Positions 26,001 through 39,900 of a DNA stretch of 64,000 nt are shown one piece after another. Numbering within the stretch: the first letter of the stretch is position 1; the number at the start of each line of letters is the position of its first letter. This DNA comes from Trichoplax sp. H2 (taxonomy: Eukaryota): the NCBI GenBank assembly GCA_003344405.1, contig NOWV01000156.1, positions 62,001-126,000 of the forward strand, in the 5' to 3' direction. Made by a program: the position numbers and the translations under genes. The notes beneath the pieces are model-generated. The model was not told the origin of the DNA. It worked only from the letters and a program-made list of their open reading frames with translations, and made no database searches.

Positions 26001-28740
26001 ATTATTAAATTAGTAAAAAACTTAATGTATATCTGCTATAGAACATCTTTCAAGGTTAAAAATGCAAGATCTTCCAGGAAATTATTTTAAACTTATTTCT
26101 GCTGTAAAGAATTTGATGTAGGTGAAGGTTAATGTCTACCAGCTAGAGTATTAACCAGATCAATTTCTATCTGCTGTGAAGCATTTAATATAATTAAGAG
26201 TACTATTTGAGCGTTAATTTTTCATTTTTATCGTATTTAACTTGATTCTAATCCGATTTACGGTGTCGATAGTTAAAGATCAATATCGAATAAGAACTTA
26301 CTAAGAAATCTAATTTTGTGCTTAAATCTTGCTAATTGAAATAGATCCTTATTTGTTACTCGCTTTCACTGTGAAAACTTAAAAGCAAATTTTTTATGTC
26401 ATAATCGATTAAGAAAATGATTTATAAAACTAGAATTGGCATCGGTCTAGCAGCTAAGTGGGCATCAATGACGATCCTAATTTGCAGTACAGTTCATTTA
26501 ATTACCTAGTTTAGCCCAGTAGACACCATGAGATTGAAAATATCCTTGTTCAAACACCATCCTGACAGACTGGCATACAGCAATTGTTTTGCCACAGCCA
26601 GCCATCCCATGTATTAGAAGATGACCTTGCGAATTATCGATATCCTTTAAATGGCTACAAATTTTATCAACAAAAGTTTGGCGTATTATATAGTGACTTT
26701 CGGGAGTTGGAGGAAGATCTCGTAGCAAATAGGCTAACAAGGAAAAAACAGGATTGTTAGGATATGAGGAATATTAAAGCTATATCTTTCTTAACATTGT
26801 AGAATAAGAGGCTAAATGATGCACTTTCTACAATTATTCCGTAAATTTTACAAATCAAAAAATCATTCAACTGTATTAATGTACGGTATGTTAAAATCCT
26901 AAATATAAATTGATTCCTTCCATGCAAAAAGGCGTGCTTTCTTTCGGTTAATTATTATATTAATCCTAGACATTTGATTGCAATTTTGAATTATTTCTAG
27001 ATTATACGTTGATTAGTACGATAGTAGAAATCATAGGCGTTTTCTCGCCTCTTCATGGTAGGTATAGAGAATGTAGCACGGCTTTATAACCTTTCTACCC
27101 TTGCACTTGTATTCATAAAATAGGCTGCTCCTAATTATAAATTCGATATCAAAAATTAATGAAATAAACACCTGAATTAGTCGGCTTTCCTTTCTCATTC
27201 TCATCTTCTATTTAAAATAAACGAAAATATAGGATAAGTTAGTATTGAATTCCTATAACTAAAAGTAATACTTCCGATAGGTGTATCCGATTAATCAATA
27301 CACACGCACATCAAAAGAATTGAAATTCGAATAAATTGGATACCCCAAAATGGTGGACAAGCTTACAGTACTTTATCTATCAACATATTGATTGCTATTG
27401 AAACATTTAGTCTAGAATTGCGTAAGGCTAATCGATTGATTTATTCTCAATCTGTTTAAGCTTCTATTATCCTATTTTAATGGAGTTCTATTTTACTGTA
27501 ATTTTATGCAGTTTTAATGCATTGATATTATAGAGACATATCATCAAGTTAGGCGATAGAATTAGCTACTAGTAGCAGTCTTATCCAAATTGCATTTACA
27601 AACATATTAAAAATGTCTCAATGCACGAGAAATTTTAGCTCACCAACGCGTATTTTATAATTTCTACAGTAAATTATCCTACTATTCCAGTTACACATTA
27701 ATCAATACTAGATTTACATATTCGTATAAATCGGTTTTTTCCTTCAATAAATTGAAACTTACTCATCTTTCCTGGAACTTCTAATAATTCTACTGCATAA
27801 TATTCTGGTTAATGTAGCACTATCTATAGTCAAATTTGGGTTAGTACACTCATAATCAGGAATATCGTAATCATGCATAGCACTTAACCTTCTCTTTTCT
27901 TTTCTACAAAATTGAAACTTGCTCGTCTATTCTGAAATGTATCAGTAAGCAACCCTCTATACGACTATAAAATTGTAGTGTTGTTTTGGGTGAAAACCAT
28001 GCACTACTATTTATTGATTTCTAAGCTACTACAAATTCATTTCCACCTTCAAAAGTAAATTCTACTCGGTTGGTCTACAACGTATAAATACTCTACAGTT
28101 AAGAAATTATAGCATCATTCCAGTTCAATTTTTGCAAACACTGTTATTACATAACAGTGTTTGTAATTTTTCTCTTTCAGCAGAATAAATTTCATTCAGC
28201 TATTCTGCTAATATCCTTCACTAATAGCAACCTGTAGCATTACTCTAATGAGATTTTATGAAGCATAACAATAGTGCATCGTTGGATATTCTATTTCTAC
28301 AAAAATAAATTTACTCCATCATTCGATCATTACAGTATCACATACGCTGTTACTAGCAACTTTGAACATTTTTCAGGTCGAATTGTTGAGAAAATAGTTG
28401 TTGTAGTCATCACGGAGCTACAACATATTTTACCTGCTCTACGTCGCAATTCTGCTTCATTTTGCAATGCTTCACCAAATTCTTGTACTGTTATAGCTCC
28501 ATGTTCTTGCAAAGTATCACAGAGGTGAAAGAAATCTTGATCGGCTCGAAACTTGAGGATTTTAATAAAGTTATAAATCATTTCTTTATTGGTTCGAAAT
28601 GAATTTAATTCATCGACTTCTTCATTCGATAGGACTTGTCTAGCTCTTAAATCAATCAAAAACTGTTGTAATGGGATATCAGTAATCATTTTAGGATAAT
28701 TTCTCTCAATCACGGTCTCTATGTAGTGACTGAGCCCCAT
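17070..28740 (-). CDS. APAF1-like STAND NTPase: N-terminal CARD, NB-ARC, helical domain and a highly divergent WD40-like C-terminal repeat region. Multi-exon.
   Basis: CARD-like exon 28434-28740 (LIDLRARQVLSNEEVDEL...FIKILKFR...FFHLCDTL). Walker A IHGMAGCGKT (~26585-26617), Walker B ILFIFDDIW (~25158-25185), GxP motif CGGLPLAIALIG (~24490-24522), MHD-equivalent ILHDL (~23030) and helical-domain DGYFYQNLVYH. The C-terminal exons are beta-rich (e.g. IAKIRISPDGKIIAI, SINDIVTSDDHQFIAV). The exons linking the CARD to NB-ARC were not fully resolved. Confidence 0.88.
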
Positions 28741-31160
28741 TTTGTAGCTGGTATATCACTATAATCTCCACTTTGGTCAAGAATATAAATAAGAAAGGCA
28801 GTCAAAAATCTGCAATCTAGAGCAAATTGAGAACTACGTTGGGTAAGTTTAATCCATTTTTAGGCTACTCATATTTAATTATGATATCTACTTGTTCCAC
28901 AATAGCATTCGGTCAAATTTTTCGTCTTGCTTGTTATAGCATAACAAACATTGACATCTTTTTTATTGGTATAGTCAACTAGTAAGGCTATCTTATTCCA
29001 TAGCATGTCAAAGATTGGCCATATTATCGATCCATCTTGAATAATAAATCTCCTCAATGACTACGCCTATCTATCGTTAAGCTTGAAGGAAAACCCAAAC
29101 CATATGATTTTATATATCTGTTCATCATCGTTGAGATTGCTTAATATATTGTAGTATAGAGGATAGTTGTATCGGTCAGTACTTGTCTCATTGTTTATAT
29201 AGTAAGTAGGTTATTTAATCACATGATAGAAGCCCTAGAGCCATTAAGACTGCGTGCATAATACAACTTAATTAAGGAAACTAATATGATTACTCTTGAT
29301 AGAGTTACTTTAAATTAATTTAGAATCAGATGATGACAATTAAATTATTTGCATCTACTTTTTGCCTTGGTTATTATTGTCACTTTTGATTATTTATAGT
29401 AACAGGTAGACCTGCCGTCCAAATAAATGACCAGAAAAAATATCCCTCCCTATGCCAGTACGATACTTATTTAATGTAATGATTTCAACTTATTACAGAA
29501 GTTCAATGTTCAAGTTAAAACCCATACATTACCATTAATGAATGAATTGATTATAAATTATATTAAACATTCTAGCACCATTTTTCTACAGTAGTTACAC
29601 GTGCAGTATTTGTCAATCTGATGTTGACGTATGGGTAGAGTTTCGAGAATAAAAGAGCAGATTCTCTTGTGTAGTAAATCCTACATGCGTCCTGTCGACG
29701 ATAGTAATTGATGTTATAGCCATATTTTAACTCTGTAGAAGTAATTCCTGTACCATACTGTGTAATGCTGTAATAGCTTATAATGATTAAGATGTATTCT
29801 GTCAAACAGTCCATTTAATTTAATAATTAGATCTTAATAGATTAGAATCGTAGTCACCTTTATGGTTTCTATTTACAGCTAGCGGAAAGATTATATTATT
29901 TTAATCAACTAATTTGATTCAACTTCATCACTTTGCATTTGAAGGCTATAACAAATGCTTTAGGTTTCAGGCAATCGATTCTGTAGGTGCTTCATTTTGG
30001 CTTATAGCAATCTCGCAATAATCCAAAATGATGTAACATTGGTAGCTTGTTTTCTTAAGTTGAGCACTGTCTAAACTTATCTTGCATCAGGTAAACCCTG
30101 AAGAGATGAAAGATTGTGGTGATATCGAATACCCTGTAAGAATCGATATTGCTATAATATAAAAGTCCTTATGTGAAGGGTATGTACATGAGGGAAATAT
30201 TTAGCCATTTCATGTTGCGTATTCATTATTGATCCTTGCTTAAAGACAAGGTATTTAATAGTCACAATTGCAAATGCCAGTATATCTCTTTATAAACTAG
30301 ATCATGTCAGACATAAGTAATGGAATGTGATTATACGCTTGTATCATATCCATCCAATAATTTCATATGTATGATAGAGATTAACAACTAACTTGTTCAC
30401 TATACTTTATTAGTATATGATTTCGTACACAGAAATGTTAATACACCTGGTAATATGAGTATAAATATTTAATAATCCAATGTAAAAATTGTGCCATGTG
30501 TTATCGTTTTCATTCACAGGGCTGCTTATAGGGTTGTCAACAAGATAATATCCAAATTGTTACATATTCAAAATTTAGCGTTGAAAGAAATCGTTATAAA
30601 GATATTTGAACAATAGGTTGTACACTATAAAAGACATAAAGCTGCTTCAACTCTTTTCAAAATTTCGGAGATTCGCTAAGGAATAATTTTTTAAAAAGCA
30701 ACTGCATTATGCCTCATAAAATAAAGGCGACCATTTTAATACAACTACAGCATAATTGCTATATTAGCCTGACGTAGCTAAAGTAGATGGTTTACAGATG
30801 CAATTTAGTAAAAGCTTGGGTTTAATCTGTACTCGCAGACTATAAATCGATAACATCATTTATAAGGAATTGGTACAATATATCACATTTTACCTACACA
30901 TTGGTAGAAATTAGTGATGCTATTCATTTAAATAGATCTGAGCTACATTATAATTATGATTAAGCAATATACAATGGATGTTCACTAACTCCCGATCATT
31001 TATAAATTTGACCATTATGATCGTTGAAAAATGATGGACAAGTTCCAACATTAATGGAGGCTATTTGTGTAGATATTGTGCCACAGCATTCATTGCCAGG
31101 CCTTAGCAACTAATAAGCAATGTTCTATCAATTTGAGTGTAGAAGTCGCTATGTGATCCT

Positions 31161-32379
31161 TCAGAATTTAAAATAAGCAGCTAATCGTGCCATGATCGAT
31201 TGTGGCTGCTGCTGTTGTGTTAAAGGATCCGATAGCGCTGGTATTTCTTGTTCGTCATGGTTAAGGACTATAGCACTGTCTTTGTTACTATTATTCTCCT
31301 CTTCTTCCCTTAGTATTCTCTCAGCACGCCGACGGGCGATAGTCGGTTTCATAGCTAGAAAGATAGCTGCTCCAGTTATATTTACGAGGACCCTGATCGC
31401 AAATTCAAAACAATACCTATTAATTGATAGTGAGTTGTAGCTAAATAATTGCATATGCACATTATATTCCATTAGATATCTTGATGTAGATAGTCACAAA
31501 GACTAAGAGTACATATTGTGTGGGCTGATTACTTCCATTTTCTATTGGGTATTATTTCGCTAGTAATCCTATGCGAGAATATTATCTTGCGTATCAATGC
31601 TGTAGTTAAAGTCAGCATATAGATAGCCAAGGAAAATTAGAACTACCGTATGTTGACGATTGCCATTATGGACAACAGAACATAACAGAATCTGAGGTAC
31701 GGGGTTATCACTAACCTTGATATACTATGAGTGATGAATAACCTTATTAAGGTTTGCGCGTGTATGCAATCGCTGTAATGTGCAGTGGTGTAATCATAGT
31801 ATAACTAATTGAATAGATGTTCATGTCTATGCGTATCTTGATACATACTGTAATTAACACGTAGTGCTACCTGCATATTAAGATGCATCAATGTAGTCGA
31901 ACATGGTATTATGTAGATTAATATGTATTTAGAGATAGCATGTACAGCATAAGATGTATGTTTTATATTGTATGGAGAGGAATTGGATGCAATAAGTGTA
32001 ATAGAACCCTGATGCTTCACTAGTTCAATAAAGTTGTGCTCGTCTATAGTATAACACTATTCCTTTGCAGTTAATTTATCCTAGGGGTGAAATTAAAAAT
32101 GCATCAACTACGATATATGAATTGTGCTTCCAATCAATTGTCATCCGGCAGCTCAGTAGAGTGGACTACTGTAAGAATATCGTGCGCGATTGTATACTGT
32201 ATAGGCAAGTAAGCTCATGAATGGATCCTGCATAAAAGCTAGCATAACACTGTCTATAATCGAGGTACAAATGCATGGCCTTACCAAATACCAGTGGTAA
32301 AAACTATGTATCTTATTCGTTTACGTAACGCTGGTGATAATTCAGAGGTTGCCTTGCGTTTATTCCCTTTATTGGCCAT
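31161..32379 (-). CDS. Small uncharacterised, probably membrane-anchored protein of ~140 aa (3-4 exons)
   Basis: The ATG exon MANKGNKRKATSELSPALRKRIRYIVFTTGI ends at a GTAAGG donor (~32284). Exon ~31647-31692 (FCYVLLSIMAIVNIR) splices in phase to the last exon YCFEFAIRVLVNITGAAIFLAMKPT...YFKF*. A 31-nt linker exon (~31743-31773) restores the frame. No family recognised. Confidence 0.55.
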
Positions 32380-32979
32380 AACTTGAAGATTTCAGTCTAA
32401 CAATCAATTCTACAACGACGCGTATGTCACATCCGTCGACCAAGATTTCAGTCTTGTACTGCGAGGCTTTTCATCTATAATGTCTACTCCAGTAACCGAG
32501 TATTATACATGTACAAATTAGGAAGAAGTTTGACAATGATGTTATCCTCTATAAGTAGATCAATTTCTATTTTAGAACGATCACGAATTAGCATGACAAA
32601 GAGTGAAGATACAAGGTTATATAGAAAGTGCCCAAAGTACATTGCCTTACTGCTAAGGCATGGACGACCGACTGCAAATTGTTGGAAATTTGGAGTAGTC
32701 AGTCCATCATCGCTAGGGAATAATACAGCTGTATTGTACATATACCACTGTTGTAAAATTGCCTTACAAGCAACGTAGACGATTCAAGTTTATCCTCTTG
32801 CCTATCTGACAAACTTACTTATTTGTTATGGCTTCTTGGAGGTGTTGATTCAATTGGAGAGTTTAGTTTAGTCTATGCAAGCAATGGCCATCCATTCCAT
32901 CCATTCAATGTGGAGCGTGCACCATCTCTTCCACTGCTCTTGCGTGCTTCAATTACTCCTATCCCGACCGGGTGTGTGG

Positions 32980-33720
32980 TGTTACAGTACAGCCCAGTTG
33001 AGTACAGTACAAAATACTGTGTATTACAGTACACTGTAATGATGAGTTGACTGCACCATGGCCAAGCATAGCAGATTTCATTACGCTGTACTGTACACTG
33101 TACAGTAAACGTGCTGACATACTGTACAGTATACCAAATTTCAGAAGCAAGTTGCAAAACACTGCAATACGGTAGATGACACTTTCACCAGTAGAGTAGA
33201 AATTAAGTAGAATGATCAGAAAGAGGATTAAAAGCCTGCTTAATGCCCATGTTGGTGACCCATTTTACTCACTCGCTGGATGGTTCTTTTTTTACTGCAG
33301 GTCGTGCCATTGGAGGGTCTGTGCCGTACAGTGTACAGTACAGGACTGGACGTACTAATACTGTAATCGCCAGGCAAAGTACTGTAATCGCACGTGGAGT
33401 GAGAACCCTTGCAACTGAGTCTAGTGCCCAATGTTAGCCAATGTCAACAGTATATTACTATACGGTACATACTGTACCGCTGTATCTGCAAGTCAAGCGA
33501 GTCTTTCACACGTCGAATCAGCCACATACAGGTACTGTACTCACTGAGTGTACTGTACTGTACTCTAGAGTCTAGTACAGTACTATACACTGTACTGAAC
33601 GTACTGTACACTGTAGTCAGTGTACTGTCACAGTCGGGGGAAAACGACCATACTGTTCGCCCTATCGTCCACCAATACTGTGCCTACCCTACTCTACGGC
33701 ACTCAGTGTACTGTACGGAG
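32980..33720. repeat. TACAG/CTGTA pentamer-family arrays (sub-blocks ~32980-33132 and ~33325-33717)
   Basis: Same motif family as at 6.4-7.3 kb. Contains GTACAGTGTACAGTAC at 33326 and its reverse complement at 33088. Confidence 0.88.
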
Positions 33721-33968
33721 GTTGAACCATCTGCGACTGACCGTAGTGCAGTTGAATTAACCTTGATTGAAGTCGGGCATTGAAGCCAAAAAGAGGAGAA
33801 AAAGAGCTACAGTTGGCAGCTTGGCGTTGGAGAGATTTACCAGCATAAAATCCTCTTTCCTTTTCTACTCATTGACTTATTTTAAGCACTATCAAGAAAG
33901 AATTCTTGCATTGCTGATAGTTATTGCCGCTTATCTTCTTGTTGGTACTTTATATTCATCGGTGCAAA

Positions 33969-36900
33969 ATGTGGAGAGTGTCTACTCGCTTCCTTATGCA
34001 GCGGCCTGTTGTCTTCAACGCTCGCAACCAGGCTGTCAGTCATTCACTGGTCAAGAATTTCCTCAGTAAACCACAAATTGCCCCCATTGGGGCTAGTCGA
34101 TGGCTATCCATCAGCCGAATTGCATGCAATACACATGCTGAAACAGCCCAAACTGCTGATCCAACCAAGAAAAAAGAAACTGCCACGTTTAGCTATGAAT
34201 TTTTAGATTTTGATAACTTTTTAACAGTCAAAGACGACCAGAAAGATCCCTCAACGACTACCTCACGACGTCCACCTCGACGTCCAAGAGCTCGTCCGAT
34301 ACCACGCATGGGTGAAATTTATTCCAAGGAAATTCTCCTACTCGACTTTCGAAGAATATGCGATTTAGGTAAGGATAAAATCGAAACACAAAGTAATCAC
34401 TCTAGCATAGCAATTCACCAATACTCTACTCTTCATGGCCATCATCATTTTAACATTGATTCATAGCTGCCAGTCGTTAGCTTGCTCCTTTTGCATACTA
34501 CGACCCTTGCAAAATGTTCTCTCTGAAATCGAGTGCAGTTCAATGAATTACGAATAAATGTTTGCCTAATGATGGATAATTGATAAATCATCATGCAATG
34601 CAATACGATACTTGTATAGAAGGGATAGACAAACCACTAAATGGATAATACCATAGTTGAATATTATTTGGGGTATATACCAACCAATGCGATTGGCTAA
34701 AACAGACTTGACGAAGGCAATACTGCAGTATGACTGATTGACGATGACACAAATAGCAACGATATGCATTCTTGACTGTAGGCCTAAAGTAAGTAGATAT
34801 CGTTTTGAGAGCTCACCAACGATGCTACTATTAGAATTATGGATAGATGTTATAGAACAGGAGTGCAGTATTGACTACTTAAATTTCATTGTAATGGACT
34901 GTAGTGGTCTTTGTAGCATGAACATCAATGTAAAAGACCAATTTGATTGTTGAAAAAATACAAACTGCTCAGTAAATGATCGTGATGCGAATGCAAATAT
35001 CATATCGAATTCACCTCTACCTTACGAATCGCACACAATCTACAATAATCGCTAGATAGGAGTAATACAGTATACTACTACAAATCTTGGCGACCTACTG
35101 TCCAGTAACTGTTTTGCAAAGCTTGAACAATTGCAAAGTTGCACTTAGCCACATGCTTGTACAGTACTATGATGACGGGTAAATCAGTGACTATTAGGAT
35201 GCAAGTTCTTCATCTTATGCGGCAAATACGTATACGTCAGAAATAGCGACAAGACCATAGTGTTACGATGGATCATGGAATGATTGAAGAAAATTACTAT
35301 GCAATATCGTACAAATACAATGTTGAATAGTTATAAAATAGATATCATACAATGGAAATAATAGATTGATATTTGCTTATTTATTGTATTTGTAGAGTTT
35401 ATATCTCATAGTCTTGGCTGTGATATTATTCGCAATTGTGGCGAACGCTTGCGTGATGTTAAACCTGAACAACGTATCGAGTTAGTGCATCAATTTTGGG
35501 CAAAATTGGCTTCTAGAGGTACGTGAGCTAGAAATATTGTTTGCATGAACGATCATAAAATTCAATCGGCTATAGTGTATGACAGGCAAATCAACGCACA
35601 TAACAAGTTACTGCAGTAAGAGAGTAGTTGGAGTTACTTTCTTACTTTTGCCTGTTAAGTATTAACAACATTTTTATCACCTTTCCAACTTACACTTATA
35701 CTCACCAAAAGGTAAAAAAGATGAATCAGATGTAGTATTATATTATATTATATTTTATATGCTTGATAAAATTTTGTAAATGGGTTAAAATAAGTCAGCT
35801 TTCTTACAACAAATTTAACTTTTTATTATCTGTTTTCGATCTGTCTTTAGTGTAATTTGTTCGCATGTATATATACTATCAACTCTAGAGAAATCATCCA
35901 GTTTGCTTCGACAATGTTAACTGTCTATTTCGTTTGAGAACAGTTTCATCTTGCTTACCCTTATTCATAATAAACTTATCATTAATTTCAATCGATATTG
36001 ATTTTAGATTATAGATTCAACGTTAATCATTACAATGAATTATTAACGGTCTACAATTTTTGCGAACACACTTTTTCACCTATCGAATTTCTGTCTTCCA
36101 TGAGAGCTAAAAATGTTTCTCCTGATAAGGTTTATTTTAGATCATTTTTGTTAATTGAATGAGCTAGAAGTATTTCAGTTATATTTGAATAATACTCGAT
36201 AATTTCTCCAAATTGGATTGTAATCGTTAAATGATGTTACGCAGACGACTTACATCAATATATTACAAGCATATGGTATTCAAGGTGACATTAAGGCTGC
36301 CAGGTTAGTAGATTGATTACTACTTCGTACCACGTAATAGATGGTATAGCGATTCTTAAATATGATAGTACTACTGGTTGAACACTTAAACTTAAACCAT
36401 ATCGCATTTGATGGACAGACTAATGTTTTAATATCGTAATGTTATCTAGTACTATCTTGGATTATATGAAAAATGAAGATATGTCAATATCAGAATCGGT
36501 CTATGCTGCCTTAATAACTGGGCATGCCAGAGCTGAGTAATACACTATGATTCAATGATTGTTAGTCCGAGACGACTTTTTCACCTCAAATGGAATAATC
36601 TTACCAAATTTTTATTATGCGTCTATTTCATATATTTAGCGATCTGGATAATTCATACGCAACGTTTGATTTGATGAGGTTGGGATAAAACACATCGTGT
36701 ATGACTTGCTATTTTGTTCACTGTTGAAACTCTTATATACGGTAGTAAATTTTTAGGACAAGATTTTGTAATATTCTCTCTCCATTTTTAATGTTATATG
36801 TATAGACAGAACAACATAATGCCAAGCCAAATTAGTTATACGGCTTTAGTTAACGCTGTCGCTGAACGAGGAAATTGGCTATCGCTAGAAAAGGTATTAC

Positions 36901-39900
36901 TTTTGCAAATTTCTAATAGTTAGTTGATACTTACGCCCGTATCATATCTTCTTACTCTATTGATACTAGGTATTTCAGATGATGCAAAAGGATCACATTT
37001 TGCCTGATCGTCATACTTATAGCTCTGTAATCAAAGCTCTTTCAAGAACTAAGAAAAGTTTTCTCATTCCTAATGTAAGCAACAAATTATAACAGTAACA
37101 ACGCCACAATAGGCGTAACTGACTTGTGAAATACTGGAAGAGCATTTATTTCACATCATAATATCATTCCTTTAATCCTTATTCATGATAGGTATTGGAT
37201 AGTATTGAAGGCAAAATATCTCTTTTTCAAGGTGGGTTAAAATTTTCGTTATTAGGTCAAATCCAAAAGTCACAAAAATTACATAAAATTTCTTCTTCTG
37301 ACCTTGTATAGCTTTACGTGGCACGATGATCGACCTATGCTTTGAGGGAGATTTTCAGGGTGCCCTATTTATATTGAAGGACATCGTTCATATTAATCCA
37401 AGCAATCGGGACGATAATATCAACATGACACTCCGTTCTCTCCTTCGGGCTGTTGCTAGAATGGAAACTGTAAGAACCATACGACCATAAGACGACATTC
37501 ATTACATACAACGAATAATATTGATGTTGGTTGTTCCACTGTTTTAATGGTATCATTTAGGAAACAAAAGATAAACTCAATTTTATAGGGGACATTGAGC
37601 ATGAGAAATTAATCGATCACTATGTATGGTATGATTTTCTTGATGTTCTTCATGATAACAGAAACACAGGTAATTTATAATATTGAACTTTTAAACATTT
37701 ATAAGCTTAATTATTAATACACCAGATTAGCATCTTGCTAACTCTGTAACTGATACAATGATCTCTAGACCTAGCTGTTGACTGCATCCGCGAAATGGCC
37801 CAGAGGGTAAATTTCAATGATAGTTCTATCATTGCAGTTCCTTTTCGACGATACTACAGAAATTATGAGCGCTTTGTGTTTAAATGAAAATTTTTATCGA
37901 GGCTTAACCAACAAATTTGTACGCCTGTTTTTAGAAAATTCCAGTGCGATCTCATTTCGTATATCCTATGTTTATCCAGTACCGTCAAAAGGGAGATATT
38001 GAAGGTAAAATGAGAGAACGTAATTTTTGTATCACCAGCAATACCTATTATGGTTAACTGTATGAAATTTCTTGTTGACAATTTTTAGGAGCCGTTAATT
38101 TGCTCCATCTCATGGATTCTTGTAAGATATTGGGGAATAAAATAACGTAAGTATATTGCTTTTGCTGGAAATGATGCTTGTTGCTATAGGTTATGTCATC
38201 CTAAGATCGGAAAAAGATCGTTTATTTCTATATCAATTACTCTATGTATATAGGTATTCGATATTTATGTCTTGCTTTGGACAGAATAGAACTCTTAATG
38301 ATATTGTATCAGCAATTGAGGTAATCTTAGCTTTATTTATAAACTTTTAATACAACTGATTTGTTGTATATTGTCAGTCTATAGAATGTAAGGTTTTTCA
38401 TAGATAATTTGTTTTATTTACTGTTTTCTTAATAGAGTCACAATATCAAAGTATCTCTTAGCCTGATTAATGCTATCGCAACTCACCTAAAAAGTATTGA
38501 TGATTCTAAAATTATCGGTAAGCATGAGGATAATTACGATGACAGATTTGATACATTGGTATTATACTTTTATCTCATAGCTTTACGTAATGCTTATTAT
38601 TAAAAATCAAGCAGTGTTTTAAATTTTCTTACTTTTGTTATTACATAACTTTAGTTGAAAAATTATTGCCTAGAATGGTGCCAGAAGTTCTTGAAAAGCA
38701 ATCAGCAACTATACTTTCACTATTAAAGTAACCTATATGCCAATAATACTACAAGACCGTATTTTTTAGATTATTTGTTTGATCTATGATTTTTGTTCGT
38801 TCTAAATAGACTCTTTAACGCTGAAGGATGTTTAAACGTAAGCAATCGTTTAGATAGATTGATACATTAATTTGATAGTATATAGTAAAGATATGCTGTT
38901 TTGAATGGTCGTATAATTCGTAGTACATCAAGATGGTGAACTCCAGAGAGGATTTGAATTCGAAAAGTAAGAATATCATAGGATGACTTTTTTTTGCTCA
39001 CAATAATATGTAAGGCGATAAAATTTATTTAACCTCACCGATATTATAGTTTATAGTATCATTGAAGAGTTAGTATCGAATTTCGTTAACACTGAGCAAA
39101 CCTCAGAAGCTGAAGAATTGGTTGAATCGCTATTAAAAGAGGTAGATTGATAGCTCATAGAATATACTTTAATGGCTTTTGACAGCAGTAAGACTTAGGA
39201 CTAAATATAATTTTTAAATTGTTTTATTAGGGTTTGGGAAAACATGTCACTTCCATTGTTCACACCAGAGTACTTAGTGGATTATGCCGTAAAATGAACG
39301 AAGCTGCTTTTTTTAGGGTAACTATGTTTACTTCACTTTTAGTACTAACGGGATTAGTGTCATCCGCAAAATTGGCCATAAAACATTAAATTTTTAGATA
39401 AAATATGTAGATGACTACTATTTCATTAATTTTGCATTTCCGTTCTTTATAGTACGGCAGGATAATGAGAGATCATAAGCTATCACTCGATAAATATCAG
39501 TACAGAGTTGTCTTGAAGGTAGAGTGAACAGTAACTTGTAATTATTGAGATTTTTTTCACATTCTACAATCGCTACTACGTGTGTATGCTAACATTGCGT
39601 TTTTCTGATGGTCAGATGCTCGCAAAACTTGGTAAAGTAGATTTAGCGCAGAAGTGCTTTGATGAGTTAAAGGTTAGACTTTGTGGCATGTCTTTGGCTG
39701 TAATGTAACGTAATATACGGTTCAGTTAATATGCTTATAATTAATTGGTATGCTTTTTACAGGCTCAAGATGGTTTAACGAGTCTAAGCTATTCTCACTT
39801 AATATTCGCATATCATGGGTCAAAGGTAAAATGAAATCCTCAGGTGCGATTTTGTACATAACTTTCAGATCGATAATTTTCTTAATTTTTGTTATTAGAA

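Noticed and set aside
31647-32284. In-frame TGA (selenocysteine) if exon 1 splices directly to the 31692 exon
   Set aside because: A 31-nt intervening exon gives TGC and an open frame, and no SECIS element was recognised.
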